Shown in pieces: positions 17,431 through 27,600 of a stretch of DNA of 36,454 bases. Source of the DNA: a virus (taxonomy: Duplodnaviria > Caudoviricetes). The DNA lies in the IMG/VR virus record IMGVR_UViG_3300028396_000019, positions 1-36,454 of that record. One strand, given 5' to 3'. The notes beneath the pieces are model-generated. The model searched no databases. It was not told where the DNA came from and was given only the letters and a program-made list of their open reading frames with translations. Made by a program: the position numbers and the translations under genes. Each line of letters starts with the position of its first letter. Position 1 is the first letter of the stretch.

Positions 17431-19176
17431 TTATCCGTTAAAAGTTGCGCCTGTTGGTTCAACTGTAAAGTCTAGCACAATAAATTCTGCTGTTCTTGCT
17501 GGCTGAATAAATATCTGACCAATTAACTGATTCCTGTCTACTACGTCTGCTGTGTTATTCGTATCGTCCATTACAACTCTAAAAGCATAAAGACCTTGTC
17601 TCTGTACTACTGATTCTAAATAAGGATTAACGATTGATAAGAATTTGTTTCTAGTAGCTACTGTGTTCTGTTCGAATACTAAGTTTCTAGCTTGATCTCC
17701 TAAGAATTTCTTAAGTTCAATTAACAATCTTCTAACGTTTACTCTATCTAAAGCTGATGCTTTAGTTTGTAATGTCTTTTGACCAAATACTGCAATACCT
17801 TGTCCAGGGAAAGTAGCGATTGGATTAACTTTTCCATCATACAATAAGTCTCTTTGACCTCTTGTTAATTTCTGTTCTGCTTGAATGATTCCTACTACTC
17901 CACCTCTTACTAGTCCTGCTGGTGCGTACCACGGTGCTGAACTATTATCTGTGAATGCATATACTCCTGGTATTGCTACTGAAGCTGGTGACCATACATT
18001 TCTACCTGTTGCAGATTTAACTTGTACCCAAGGCCAGTAAGCAGCTGCATAAGAACTATTTAATCCTGTTGCTGTTGAAGTTACATCAGCTACTCCAGAA
18101 CCATAGTTATCTAAATCTACTACTGCGATACAATCTCCTCTTTGCTCTGCTAAAGTAATAATACTGTCTAATGCGCTTCCTTGTGCTGCATTGCTGTATA
18201 TAAGACCTGGTGCTGATACTATATTAAAGATATATTCATCCTTATTGCTTAGTATTGAAATTGCTGTAGAGTAATCTGATCCGTTTACACCTTGTGAATC
18301 TGTATTTGAAATAGATCCAAAGTAGTTAGCAGAAGCAGGTGCTATGTTCCCTGTAGCTCCGTGGAATGAACCTGATTCATTAATCGGTAATGACCCTGTA
18401 TATTCGTCGCTCCTAACTGTTATTCCGTCATTTAATAAGTACCCTGGTAAAGGACTATTAACAGCAGATACATAAACATAGTTTGATTTGTTAATGTAGT
18501 CTCCAAAAGTCTTAACATAGTCTTTAGATCCATCTGTTGCTGGAGCTTTATATTGTGTACCAATTTTAGACTCTATGTAATTAGATGATTGTGGATCTAA
18601 TGATACATTATTAAATGTTTCTAATACTACCTTAGCATTATGACTATCTGATCCTTTTCTGATCAATAAGGTAAATGTACCTTTTTTCTCATCTACATTA
18701 GTTATTTCCCATCTGATGTTATCCTCTGATCCGCTTACTAAAACTCCACCACTGTTTGTGATTTCGTCTCCTGCAGTATTTACTCCTGTTGAGCCATTGA
18801 ATAAAGTACCTTTACCTAGTGTTTTAAGGACAAAAGGCTGTATAGCATCATTATCTGAAGATGAAACGTGTGTGCTAGTAGCTGGAGCAAATGTTCCGTT
18901 TACTACTCTAGTAACCAGCATAGTATTACCTCCTTGTTGGAAGTAGTTCTTAACGGCTATAGATGTTAAAAATTCTTGATTAGTTGATGCTGAAATAAAA
19001 GTCTCTCCGAACTTTCTTTTGTACTCATTATAAGATGTAACAATAGTTGGTTCAAGAACAGGACCTTTAACGGTTGGGCCTAAAATAGCGGCGCCTGCTT
19101 CAACTGGAGCTGGATTGATGAAAGAGACATCATTCTCTCTTGCAAATACACCTGGGGAAATAATTGATTCTGCCAT
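17431..19176 (-). CDS. Contractile tail sheath protein (T4 gp18-like)
   Basis: SPGVFAREND, GPTVKGP, YWPWV, WYAPAGLVRG, RVNVRRLL, FEQN, PARTAEFI motifs. Confidence 0.97.
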   Translation of the reverse strand: MAESIISPGVFARENDVSFINPAPVEAGAAILGPTVKGPVLEPTIVTSYNEYKRKFGETFISASTNQEFLTSIAVKNYFQQGGNTMLVTRVVNGTFAPATSTHVSSSDNDAIQPFVLKTLGKGTLFNGSTGVNTAGDEITNSGGVLVSGSEDNIRWEITNVDEKKGTFTLLIRKGSDSHNAKVVLETFNNVSLDPQSSNYIESKIGTQYKAPATDGSKDYVKTFGDYINKSNYVYVSAVNSPLPGYLLNDGITVRSDEYTGSLPINESGSFHGATGNIAPASANYFGSISNTDSQGVNGSDYSTAISILSNKDEYIFNIVSAPGLIYSNAAQGSALDSIITLAEQRGDCIAVVDLDNYGSGVADVTSTATGLNSSYAAAYWPWVQVKSATGRNVWSPASVAIPGVYAFTDNSSAPWYAPAGLVRGGVVGIIQAEQKLTRGQRDLLYDGKVNPIATFPGQGIAVFGQKTLQTKASALDRVNVRRLLIELKKFLGDQARNLVFEQNTVATRNKFLSIVNPYLESVVQRQGLYAFRVVMDDTNNTADVVDRNQLIGQIFIQPARTAEFIVLDFTVEPTGATFNG

Positions 19177-19204
19177 GTCTGGTCTATTTTGTTTTTTAGT
19201 TTAT

Positions 19205-19269
19205 TATAAATATCGTTTAGGAATGTAAAACAGATAATGTATTTTGTTTTAACTTCTCTTATATAAATA
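19205..19269 (-). promoter_or_regulatory. Two TATTTATA motifs upstream of sheath (19205-19212, 19262-19269)
   Basis: Exact copies 57 nt apart in one intergenic region. Confidence 0.6.
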
Positions 19270-19300
19270 GGAAAGGAGGATCTAAACCCTCCTCTCTATT
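19266..19300 (-). terminator. Probable terminator after the 98-aa gene
   Basis: Minus strand AGAGGAGG-GTTTAGAT-CCTCCTTT followed by CCTATTTAT; AATAG/CTATT extends the stem. Confidence 0.6.
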
Positions 19301-19318
19301 CAAGTATGTTTGAAATAT

Positions 19319-19615
19319 TTACTTTACTTCTTCAACAACTTCATCTTCAGCTCCTTTTTCCTCTGCAGGTGCAGGGATAAATTCACCTTCTTTAAGGTCG
19401 ATTGACCCTACTCCATATGCATCTTCTAATTCCTTAACAACCTCTTGTTCAGAAGTTCTTAATTCCTCTAGAAACTGCTCTGCGCTTTCTTTTCTTTGCT
19501 CTAGGTTAATTTCAGCTAATGAAATTTGTCCTAACTCTTGAATTAGTGCAGCGTTTTTGTTCTGCAGATCTTGTAACTTTCCAAGCTCTTCTTTACTTAG
19601 TTTTGTGTTTGCCAT
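19319..19615 (-). CDS. Small acidic coiled-coil protein
   Basis: Heptad L/E/Q pattern, YG.GSIDLKEGEF near the C-terminus; own upstream promoter motif and downstream hairpin. Confidence 0.82.
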   Translation of the reverse strand: MANTKLSKEELGKLQDLQNKNAALIQELGQISLAEINLEQRKESAEQFLEELRTSEQEVVKELEDAYGVGSIDLKEGEFIPAPAEEKGAEDEVVEEVK

Positions 19616-19659
19616 TTTCTTTTTAATTTAAAACTTTAATTTAATCGATTAATTATTAT

Positions 19660-19690
19660 ATAATATAAGAATAAATAGTATACGAAACAA
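19660..19690 (-). promoter_or_regulatory. Putative Bacteroidota-type promoter
   Basis: Minus strand TTG-N20-TATATTAT; TATTTATT variant in its spacer (19670-19677). Confidence 0.58.
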
Positions 19691-19716
19691 CTATTAAGGT
19701 AAATAGTTTATAACTT

Positions 19717-20256
19717 TTACACTCTTATCCATTTTTTTGAAACAGGTAAGTATATAGCACCTCCTGTATTAAGGTTATCTGTATATCTTGTTACAAGGTT
19801 GTTCCATTGTTCCTCTGTCATTTCTTGATCTAACCATATAGTATCTATAATAATTAAATCATATGTTGCTGAGGTTGTGTATGTATGAATATCTCCTTGT
19901 ATTAGATTAATACTACTATTTAAATGTCCAGATGAATTAGTGAAGTCAATAACTTCTTGGTCTATTTCTACTACATCTACTGTGCTACAGTTTTCTACTT
20001 CGTATAAGTCTTGAGGAATTAAACCTAAACCTAAACCTGCTACCAGTACAGAATCATATGTAAACCCATCAAATGTATCTCTATAAAAAGATGTACAGCT
20101 ATCACACTTACCTAAAAATAACTTTGAGTAAATTTCTACATTAGATACCCACATATCATTGCTAGTAAATTTCATAACTGTAACTCCTTGTTCGTTTTTA
20201 TATACATTGAAGTTAGTTCCTGTGTAATCTATTATACTGTTGTCTAAAAATTTCAT
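19717..20256 (-). CDS. Class I SAM-dependent methyltransferase-fold protein (spermidine-synthase-like)
   Basis: VLVAGLGLG (motif I), VDVVEIDQEVI, IQGD, YDLIIID. Confidence 0.88.
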   Translation of the reverse strand: MKFLDNSIIDYTGTNFNVYKNEQGVTVMKFTSNDMWVSNVEIYSKLFLGKCDSCTSFYRDTFDGFTYDSVLVAGLGLGLIPQDLYEVENCSTVDVVEIDQEVIDFTNSSGHLNSSINLIQGDIHTYTTSATYDLIIIDTIWLDQEMTEEQWNNLVTRYTDNLNTGGAIYLPVSKKWIRV

Positions 20257-20272
20257 ATTTTAATTTTATAGT

Positions 20273-20683
20273 TTAAAATCCACAGAACAGTACTGCAGTG
20301 CATACTCCCGAAGAATTAATTGTTACAACGTTAAAAGATAATCCACTACTTGAAGTACTTGCTGGATAGTTACCTGCACTCATTGTTGTAATATTTTGAC
20401 CTGTTGTACATGTATCCCCAACTGCTGGTAGTAGACCTGTTCCAGTATGGTATACTGTAGTGTTAAGATCTTCTTCACATCCGAATACAGGTTTACCGAC
20501 TGCATCTCCATGGTACCATACCTGGTATGTAACGTGACTATACCCGTAAAATTCAGATACTGCATCTGGTACTGATTTACCTGCTGTAGCACTCATAGAA
20601 CGTAAGGAGACATTTGTTGATCCTGCTCCTACTTCTGTTTTAATGTCATTTAAACTTATTTGCCCTGATAATTGTAATGCCAT
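20273..20683 (-). CDS. Small fibre-associated / adhesin-like protein
   Basis: MALQLSGQISLNDI...SEFYG N-terminus, a pattern typical of small genes accompanying phage fibres; T/S/G-rich with four Cys. Confidence 0.65.
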   Translation of the reverse strand: MALQLSGQISLNDIKTEVGAGSTNVSLRSMSATAGKSVPDAVSEFYGYSHVTYQVWYHGDAVGKPVFGCEEDLNTTVYHTGTGLLPAVGDTCTTGQNITTMSAGNYPASTSSSGLSFNVVTINSSGVCTAVLFCGF

Positions 20684-20698
20684 ATTAAATATTTACTA

Positions 20699-20729
20699 TT
20701 AATATATGAAACTTTTTTTTATATTCCAA
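20699..20729 (-). promoter_or_regulatory. Putative Bacteroidota-type promoter
   Basis: Minus strand TTTG-N20-TATATTAA, 15 nt before ATG at 20683. Confidence 0.58.
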
Positions 20730-21927
20730 ATCTATTTTTATATGCGTTATAATTCTGTTGTATTTCTTTAAATGTTAAGCGTTTTTTAAATATCTTTGCT
20801 ACTGGTATTTTAGCTTGAGCAAAACCTCCAGTACTTCCTGAGAATGAATTTCCTCCGCCAATATTAATATTACCGGTGTTATCACAGTCTGTACCGGCAA
20901 ATGTGTTTACTTCGTAATGTGCTAGTACTCCATTTACATATAAGTTAGCTCTATTAGATCCATTCCAAGTAGCTACTATATGGTAATATTTATCTCTTTC
21001 AATAGTTGTGCTTATATCATATGTAGTAGAACCACTGCCTGTTCTCATATAAAACCCTAATACGTTATTTGTTGTGTATCTACATAATCCCCATACTCCT
21101 GCGTAGCCTCCTCTTGCTAATATAGTAGTGTTTCTTGCTGGTGAAACACCACTCCAGTTAGCTGCTGCAGGTACATAGTAGATTACCTCTATAGAGAATT
21201 CTTGATTAAAGTCTCTAGGGAAAGTTCCTGGGTCATGTGATATTTTATCGTCTGTTCCATCAAAAGTTGGTTGACCTGTAGAATCAAAAGAGATGTTACT
21301 AGTCTCTATAGTTCCGCTAGTACCTATATTTATTAACGAATTAGTTGATGCTCTACTGCTCTCTGTGTAAGGCGTAGCGTGACTGTTAAGCTCTACTTGT
21401 AGATTTCTAACGTATATAGTATCAGTTAAACCTGCGCTGTCGGTACCTCTAACTCCTAAAGCTAACTTACTATCTGAATTAGCGGTCCAAGAAGCGGTTT
21501 TTCTAATCCATTCACCAGAATTTATCTCAGCATTTGTACCGTTACCTAACGCATTTGTATAACTACCTAGTTGGGTACCATTTAAATTTAAAGTATACGA
21601 ATTTGTATTCTCAATTGATTTAGCTTTATATTCATATGACATAGTTACAGTTCCTCCGCTTGTTATTCCAGTATCTATACAATAAGTTCTCCAACCATTA
21701 GTTGCTGTAAATTCTAAAGTATTGGGGTAATCTGTAGAAACATTTAAAGCACCGGACCAACCGTGTCCTGACCAATTACTGGTGTTTAGAAAGTCTGATA
21801 GCGGTACAGCGTTTGTAGTAGATTCTCCTTTAAAGTATCTAGTTGAAGTATGATTATCTGCGATTCCATACCCTGAATCATAACCGAATAGTAATTCGTC
21901 TTTTATTAAGTGTGGTCCTGTGTACAT
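20719..21927 (-). CDS. LamG/concanavalin-A-like domain virion protein, paralogue 3
   Basis: FDGTDD, FSIE, YYHIVATW, LYVNG, IQQNYNA; CBM-like middle domain. Confidence 0.85.
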   Translation of the reverse strand: MYTGPHLIKDELLFGYDSGYGIADNHTSTRYFKGESTTNAVPLSDFLNTSNWSGHGWSGALNVSTDYPNTLEFTATNGWRTYCIDTGITSGGTVTMSYEYKAKSIENTNSYTLNLNGTQLGSYTNALGNGTNAEINSGEWIRKTASWTANSDSKLALGVRGTDSAGLTDTIYVRNLQVELNSHATPYTESSRASTNSLINIGTSGTIETSNISFDSTGQPTFDGTDDKISHDPGTFPRDFNQEFSIEVIYYVPAAANWSGVSPARNTTILARGGYAGVWGLCRYTTNNVLGFYMRTGSGSTTYDISTTIERDKYYHIVATWNGSNRANLYVNGVLAHYEVNTFAGTDCDNTGNINIGGGNSFSGSTGGFAQAKIPVAKIFKKRLTFKEIQQNYNAYKNRFGI

Positions 21928-23138
21928 TATAAATCAAATCTATTTTTATACGCGTTAAAATTTTGGCTTATTTCTGGTTCTGACAATGGTACGCTGTATA
22001 TAGCTAACCTAGGCATATGGCCGGCTCCGTAAGCATTAGATGGATCTCTTCCGATTCTCAACTTATCAATGTCGTGTGTATTAAAAGATAAGCTTCCGTT
22101 TGCTTTAAATACCCCGTTAACGTAGCATTTAACATTATTTGATTGTCTGCCATTTATTACCATTGCTACATTAATATATTCACCATTTGGATAGTCTGTA
22201 GAATTTGCTACAAACATTGGTTTTACAGAGTTTATGTTAGTCTGAAAATCTATACCTCTATCGGATCCAAACCATGTATGAAATTTCTGTGTTCCATTTT
22301 TATCCATTAGTGTTACAAATGGAGACCAACTTGTTGACCAGTTCATTTTAAACCAATACGAAATTGTTAATGATGTTGCATTTGTTATAGAAGGAACTAT
22401 TGCATTTATAAAATCGTTTGTTCCGTCAAAAAATGGTTGTGCTGTTGAATCAAATGATAAATTCTGGAGCTCCACTGCTGCCGTTCCATGTAAATCTAGT
22501 AAACATTTATCCGTTCCTCTTACACCGTCTGTGAAAGGTGTTACGTGTCCTTTTTGTTCAAATTGTAGATTAGCAACTTTTATCGTAAAGTTAGAAGCTG
22601 TCCTGTAAAATCCACCTGCATTAAAACTTGTCAGTGTTCCAGTAGGCATTGTAATTTGGTTATCCACTCTATGCCATTCATTTGCTACTGTTGGTTTAAA
22701 TAGGTGATTACATTCTACTGTAGAAGTTGACCAAGTATTGCTGTTTGTTAACCAGTGTCTAACGCCGTTAACATATACTGATACTTGTGATTTTAATTTA
22801 CTTCCTGTTGATGTTGAATGTATATAACTACTCCAAGTATACGTCCCACCACTAACTGGTGTTGTAGGTACTGCTGGTGCAAAACTTAAAATAGGGCTAG
22901 TGCTTGCTTGAATAAATCGTACTCCTTTTAATCCACCGCCAAAATCTTCCTTAACTATCGAGGTTGTACTACTAGTAGCATCTGTATGGTTAGAGAGATA
23001 AGGGTACGTAAATAAATTTGTTGTAAATTCACCTGTGTATAGCCTGGTAGGAGTATCATTATCAGCAATGCCGTAGCCGGTGTCATAGCCAAAAACTAAG
23101 TTTTCTTTTATATTATCTATACCTACATTTGTTGCCAT
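21927..23138 (-). CDS. LamG/concanavalin-A-like domain virion protein, paralogue 2
   Basis: FDGTND, TISYWFK, YVNG, IYSVPLSEPEISQNFNA. Confidence 0.85.
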   Translation of the reverse strand: MATNVGIDNIKENLVFGYDTGYGIADNDTPTRLYTGEFTTNLFTYPYLSNHTDATSSTTSIVKEDFGGGLKGVRFIQASTSPILSFAPAVPTTPVSGGTYTWSSYIHSTSTGSKLKSQVSVYVNGVRHWLTNSNTWSTSTVECNHLFKPTVANEWHRVDNQITMPTGTLTSFNAGGFYRTASNFTIKVANLQFEQKGHVTPFTDGVRGTDKCLLDLHGTAAVELQNLSFDSTAQPFFDGTNDFINAIVPSITNATSLTISYWFKMNWSTSWSPFVTLMDKNGTQKFHTWFGSDRGIDFQTNINSVKPMFVANSTDYPNGEYINVAMVINGRQSNNVKCYVNGVFKANGSLSFNTHDIDKLRIGRDPSNAYGAGHMPRLAIYSVPLSEPEISQNFNAYKNRFDL

Positions 23139-23157
23139 ATTGCTTTTTGTCTTAGAT

Positions 23158-23490
23158 TTACTCTTCTGTTCCGCTGAGTGACCATGCGTCTGTGTTTAAC
23201 AGTTCTAATATTTCTGAATGTGTATATTCTGTGTAGTCTTCATTATATATAGAAGGTCTTCCGTACACGCCTGCTAAATGTTCTACATTTACATCTTCTC
23301 CTGTTTCCGGATTTTCGTAAGTTTCTGTATAGGTTTCTTCTATAACCTTAACATCATACTTAACAAAAGTCTTTGTTTCATCCACAGATTTCCTTAATGA
23401 GTCTGCATTAGGTTCTAATACTTGGTTAAAATCTATATTACTTATTATATCTGTCGGTATTACTAACCATCTTCTATTTTCGAATCTCAT
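23158..23490 (-). CDS. Small acidic hypothetical protein within the LamG cluster
   Basis: 110-aa ORF in operon spacing; IDFNQVLE...LRKSVD.TKTFVKY...YTHSEILELL...W. Confidence 0.8.
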   Translation of the reverse strand: MRFENRRWLVIPTDIISNIDFNQVLEPNADSLRKSVDETKTFVKYDVKVIEETYTETYENPETGEDVNVEHLAGVYGRPSIYNEDYTEYTHSEILELLNTDAWSLSGTEE

Positions 23491-23493
23491 AAT

Positions 23494-24624
23494 TTATATG
23501 TTAAATCTATTTTTATATACGTTAAAATTATCTTCTATTTGTTTTACGCTCAATGCTTCATTATGTATTTTGAATACAGGTATTAATCCATTCCAATAGT
23601 AACCTCCTCTACCACCAAAGTTGATTTGCTGTAATACATAAGATGTGTAGTTTCGTGTGCTATGTTGTGCACCATTATTATATAGCTTAGCAACAGATCC
23701 ATCCATTACTATTACATAGTGGTGAAAATCCGTATCACTTACTCCGTTACTGTCCCATGCTGTACCCTGTATGCCCATTGGATTACCGGTACCTGTTGCT
23801 GCGTGAGCGCAGTACAGTCTTTGGTTAGTTCCATTGTTGGTTGCATCTAACCACATACGAGCACCTGATGTTGTATCTGACTTTACTATTGCTTCTATAG
23901 TAAATGGATCTGTATGTGGATTTCTACCAATAAACATCCCTGTATTAACTATATCATTAGTTCCATCAAAAGCAACAATCCCGTCACTATCAAAAGAAAC
24001 GTTTGCTGTGTTTATGTTTGTTGTTCTTTTAAGATCGATTAAACTTTCTGTCGTAGACCGTGATGTAGCTGTCCATGGTGTAGCTGTACCTACATTAACT
24101 TCAACTTGAGGCATAGTCATTTCTATATAGGTATCAGCATCATTAGTGTACGGCCTTAACTCTACATAGTCGTTATTCATAGCAGACTGGTTGACTGTCC
24201 ACTGTAAACGTTGCCAATCTGAGTTCACTTGAATAGTTCTTGTACTACTAAAATCATGTCCTATATATGCGTAAAAAGGTACTTCTGCATTAAAATTATT
24301 TCTAATCCAACAACTCATGGTTACTGTTCCGTTTGAACCTGCTGCAGTTCTGAGTCCTGTTATTGTGGTATCAATACCTTGATAGCTGGCTCCTACGGTA
24401 GCCCTACAGTTAAATGTTGGTTGGTTTTTATATGTATTACCAGTGGCGATTCTTTCTGCAGTATTTTCTGTTCCCCAGTTTGCTAAAGACGGAGGTGCTA
24501 AATTAGTAGTCGGTTTCCCTTGGGCAAATCTAGTAGATACATCGTTACTTGCGATTCCGTAACCGTTATCTATCCCGTATATAAGATTTTCTCTTCTTAA
24601 GTTTGGTCCTCTGTTTATACCCAT
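23494..24624 (-). CDS. LamG/concanavalin-A-like domain virion protein, paralogue 1
   Basis: FDGTND, FTIEA, HHYVIV.DG...LYNNG, ALSVKQIEDNFN; TAATG-coupled to the fibre gene. Confidence 0.85.
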   Translation of the reverse strand: MGINRGPNLRRENLIYGIDNGYGIASNDVSTRFAQGKPTTNLAPPSLANWGTENTAERIATGNTYKNQPTFNCRATVGASYQGIDTTITGLRTAAGSNGTVTMSCWIRNNFNAEVPFYAYIGHDFSSTRTIQVNSDWQRLQWTVNQSAMNNDYVELRPYTNDADTYIEMTMPQVEVNVGTATPWTATSRSTTESLIDLKRTTNINTANVSFDSDGIVAFDGTNDIVNTGMFIGRNPHTDPFTIEAIVKSDTTSGARMWLDATNNGTNQRLYCAHAATGTGNPMGIQGTAWDSNGVSDTDFHHYVIVMDGSVAKLYNNGAQHSTRNYTSYVLQQINFGGRGGYYWNGLIPVFKIHNEALSVKQIEDNFNVYKNRFNI

Positions 24625-27600
24625 TACTTATTGTCTTTTAAATTCATAACTAAATCTTTTAATTCATCGATTTGTTTTTGTTGCTCTTTAACTGCTTCGA
24701 TTAATACAGCTGTAAGTCTAGCATAGTTTACTGTTTTGTATTCTTCTCCAGACTTGCTTGTAGCATTTCCATCTTCATCGCTCCCTATATCAAAAGGTGC
24801 TAGTTGAACTAACTGAGGTAATACAGCTTCAACATCTTGAGCTATAACTCCAACGTCATTTATTTTTGTTGTTGGCTCAAAACCTAACTTTTCAGACTTC
24901 TCGTTCCAATCAAAGGTTACCCCTTTCAGTTGTTTGATTTTGTCTACTGCGTTCTCTATAGGCTTAATATTATCTTTTAACCTTTTATCCGAAGAGTAGG
25001 CTATTACATCCCCCGTAGCGCTAAGAGTTCCTGTTACCTTGATACCACCTGTAGAGTCAGACTCTAAAGTTGTTGCTCCATTGTACTTTATTTCTACACC
25101 ACCGGTTCCGTCGTACAGTGCTATACCATTAGACTGTTGAGTGTTATAAATAGCGTAATCTCCTGCTCCAATATTCTTAATCTGTATACTGTCAGAATCC
25201 CCTTTAAACTCTGCAATTACTGCAGATGTGCTACTATTAGGGTTTCTTACATATAGTGCAGCGGAATTGGTGTTGAGTGCATCATTATCTACATGTAGTC
25301 TATAAGAAACAGTACTAGTACCTATCCCAACCTGACCGTTGCTGTTCATTCTAAATTTAAGACTACCAGCGCTATATATATCAAACTCAGCTGTTGAATT
25401 ATTTGTAATGTAGACCCCGTCGCCAAGTTCATCTGTATCTCCTAATTTGAATTCACCAGTAGAAGAGTTTGCTTCAAGAACAGGTACTCCTCCGTCACCT
25501 ACAAATATACCATTACCTGCATTTACTTCTAATTTATATAAAGGATTAGTCGTTCCAATTCCAATATAACCGTCGTTCTTTACTGTTAATTTAGCATCTG
25601 CTGGAGTAGCACTGTTCTGATTGGCATCGTTATTTACACATAAATGTAATTTACCTCTTGAGTAACTTACCCCTATATCTTCAAATAGAACGGCTGACTT
25701 AGTATTGTTAACTTCACCGCCTATTCCTAAACCTGTCCAAACACCTGATCCGTTATTAGTGCTACCTTCTATTCTTATAGCGTAAGCGTTGTCAGTATTC
25801 GTGTGTACGTGCAACTGGTGAGTAGCGCTAGCAATTCCTATAGCTACTTTTCCATTTACAGTTGTATTGCCTTGAAAAGTTGCGTCATTATTACCTAGTA
25901 GAAGTACTTCTGTTCCTCCTGTAAAAAACTTAATAGCATTAGATGAGCTTTCTATTATATATGTATCGCTTTGACCATCAAGATAAAATTTCCTACCTGC
26001 TGCAATAGCAAAATCGGTACCGCTTAATACATGAACATCACTACCAACTTGAAATCTAGGATTACCGTTGGCAAAAATCTTTAATGCACCAGTGCCGTTA
26101 TCAACTAATAAACTATCAGTTCCATCATGATATATTTCTAGATCTTGAGAATCGCCTAATTGTACTTTATTATTATCCCCTAATTGTACGTTGCCATCAA
26201 AAGTAGAAGTACCTGAAGCATTTACATTAAAGATTGGAACTCCTGATATATCTGAAACTGAAAATAAGTCTCCTGATAAATCGTCTGTTATTGAAAATAA
26301 CTGTCCTTGTGAACCTTGTATGTCTAATACTGTAGAACCAGATGCGTACATGCTTACTGTACTCGATTCACCGTTTAGTACCATAAGGGGTGTATCGTTT
26401 TCATCTATTCCATCTCCGACTATAAAACTTAGACCTTGAGTTTGTGTGCCTGGAGCTATCATTCCATAGACTTCATCACCTAGCCCGATAGCTATATTAC
26501 CCCCGTCGATGTGTAAACGTTGCTGTGGGTTTGAAGCTCCAATACCTACTCTGTCGTTAGAAGCTTGTGTAAATATTAAGTGTGTTTCTGCATCTCCTTC
26601 TACTCTAAAATCTGTATCGTTTCCGTCCTCGTTAATTACCATGTAATCTTGAGTACCGTCTTCTTTTAACCTAATAAAGTCTACACCTCCTGCTATAAGT
26701 CTTGTTTCATCTGCTAAGAATCTTATGTACGTATTGGTATCATCGTTGTGGTATATATACTGGTTGGTGTATATGCTTCCTTCAATCTCTACGTTACCAA
26801 CAACGTGCAGTTTTTGGTTTGCAGTTGTAGTACCTATACCTACGCTATTCGTACTAGCATCGATTCTCATTATTTCAACTCTAGGGTAAGTAGATAATTC
26901 TGCTTCAGTAAAGTCTTGATTTGAATCTGTGTTTGTAGAGGATCCGTATCCAAATATAATATCAGAACCTCCAGCATCTGCAGTATCATTTACATCTGAT
27001 ACTATTTTAACTTCACCATCTGCCTGTAATCCTAAATTAGCTCCAGAGTGTACAAAGTTATTTGTATTATTAGGACCTAAGTATATATTACCTTCTATAT
27101 GTAGCTTCTGTTGAGGGTCAGTTGTTCCGATTCCAAGTTTACCGTCGTAGTCGAGAGTCATCAAATTTGCGGTATAGGCGCCGCTTGTCCATTTCTGCCA
27201 TATTAAACCTTCAGTTTGTCTAATATTTTGAAGAATTTGAAATCCGCTAGCTTGAGAAGTATGTTGTAGTAGTAATCCATTATTACTATCTGAATGAGCA
27301 AGGTGTAGCTTCACATCAGGAGTTTCAGTACCTATTCCTACACCGTAGAGAGAACCGTTTGATGCAGATTTTTGCCTAAGGGTTATTACTCTTGTATTTG
27401 TACCATTACTTTGTACTAATCCCAAATGAGAAACAGCATCGTCATCAGGGATAGTTCCTGCTCCTCCTCTACCACCTTCTATTAATAGACCGCGATCATT
27501 ACTGTGGTTAATTAATATAGCACCTCCTGTATCATTAGCGTCACTTCCTGCTTGAAAACGAGCTACAAGATTAAATTCTCCTGAAGTATCACTCTGCTGA

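Noticed and set aside
8403-19176. Bacterial extracellular contractile injection system or tailocin
   Set aside because: Tail genes are contiguous with phage replication genes and RNR; no bacterial housekeeping context.
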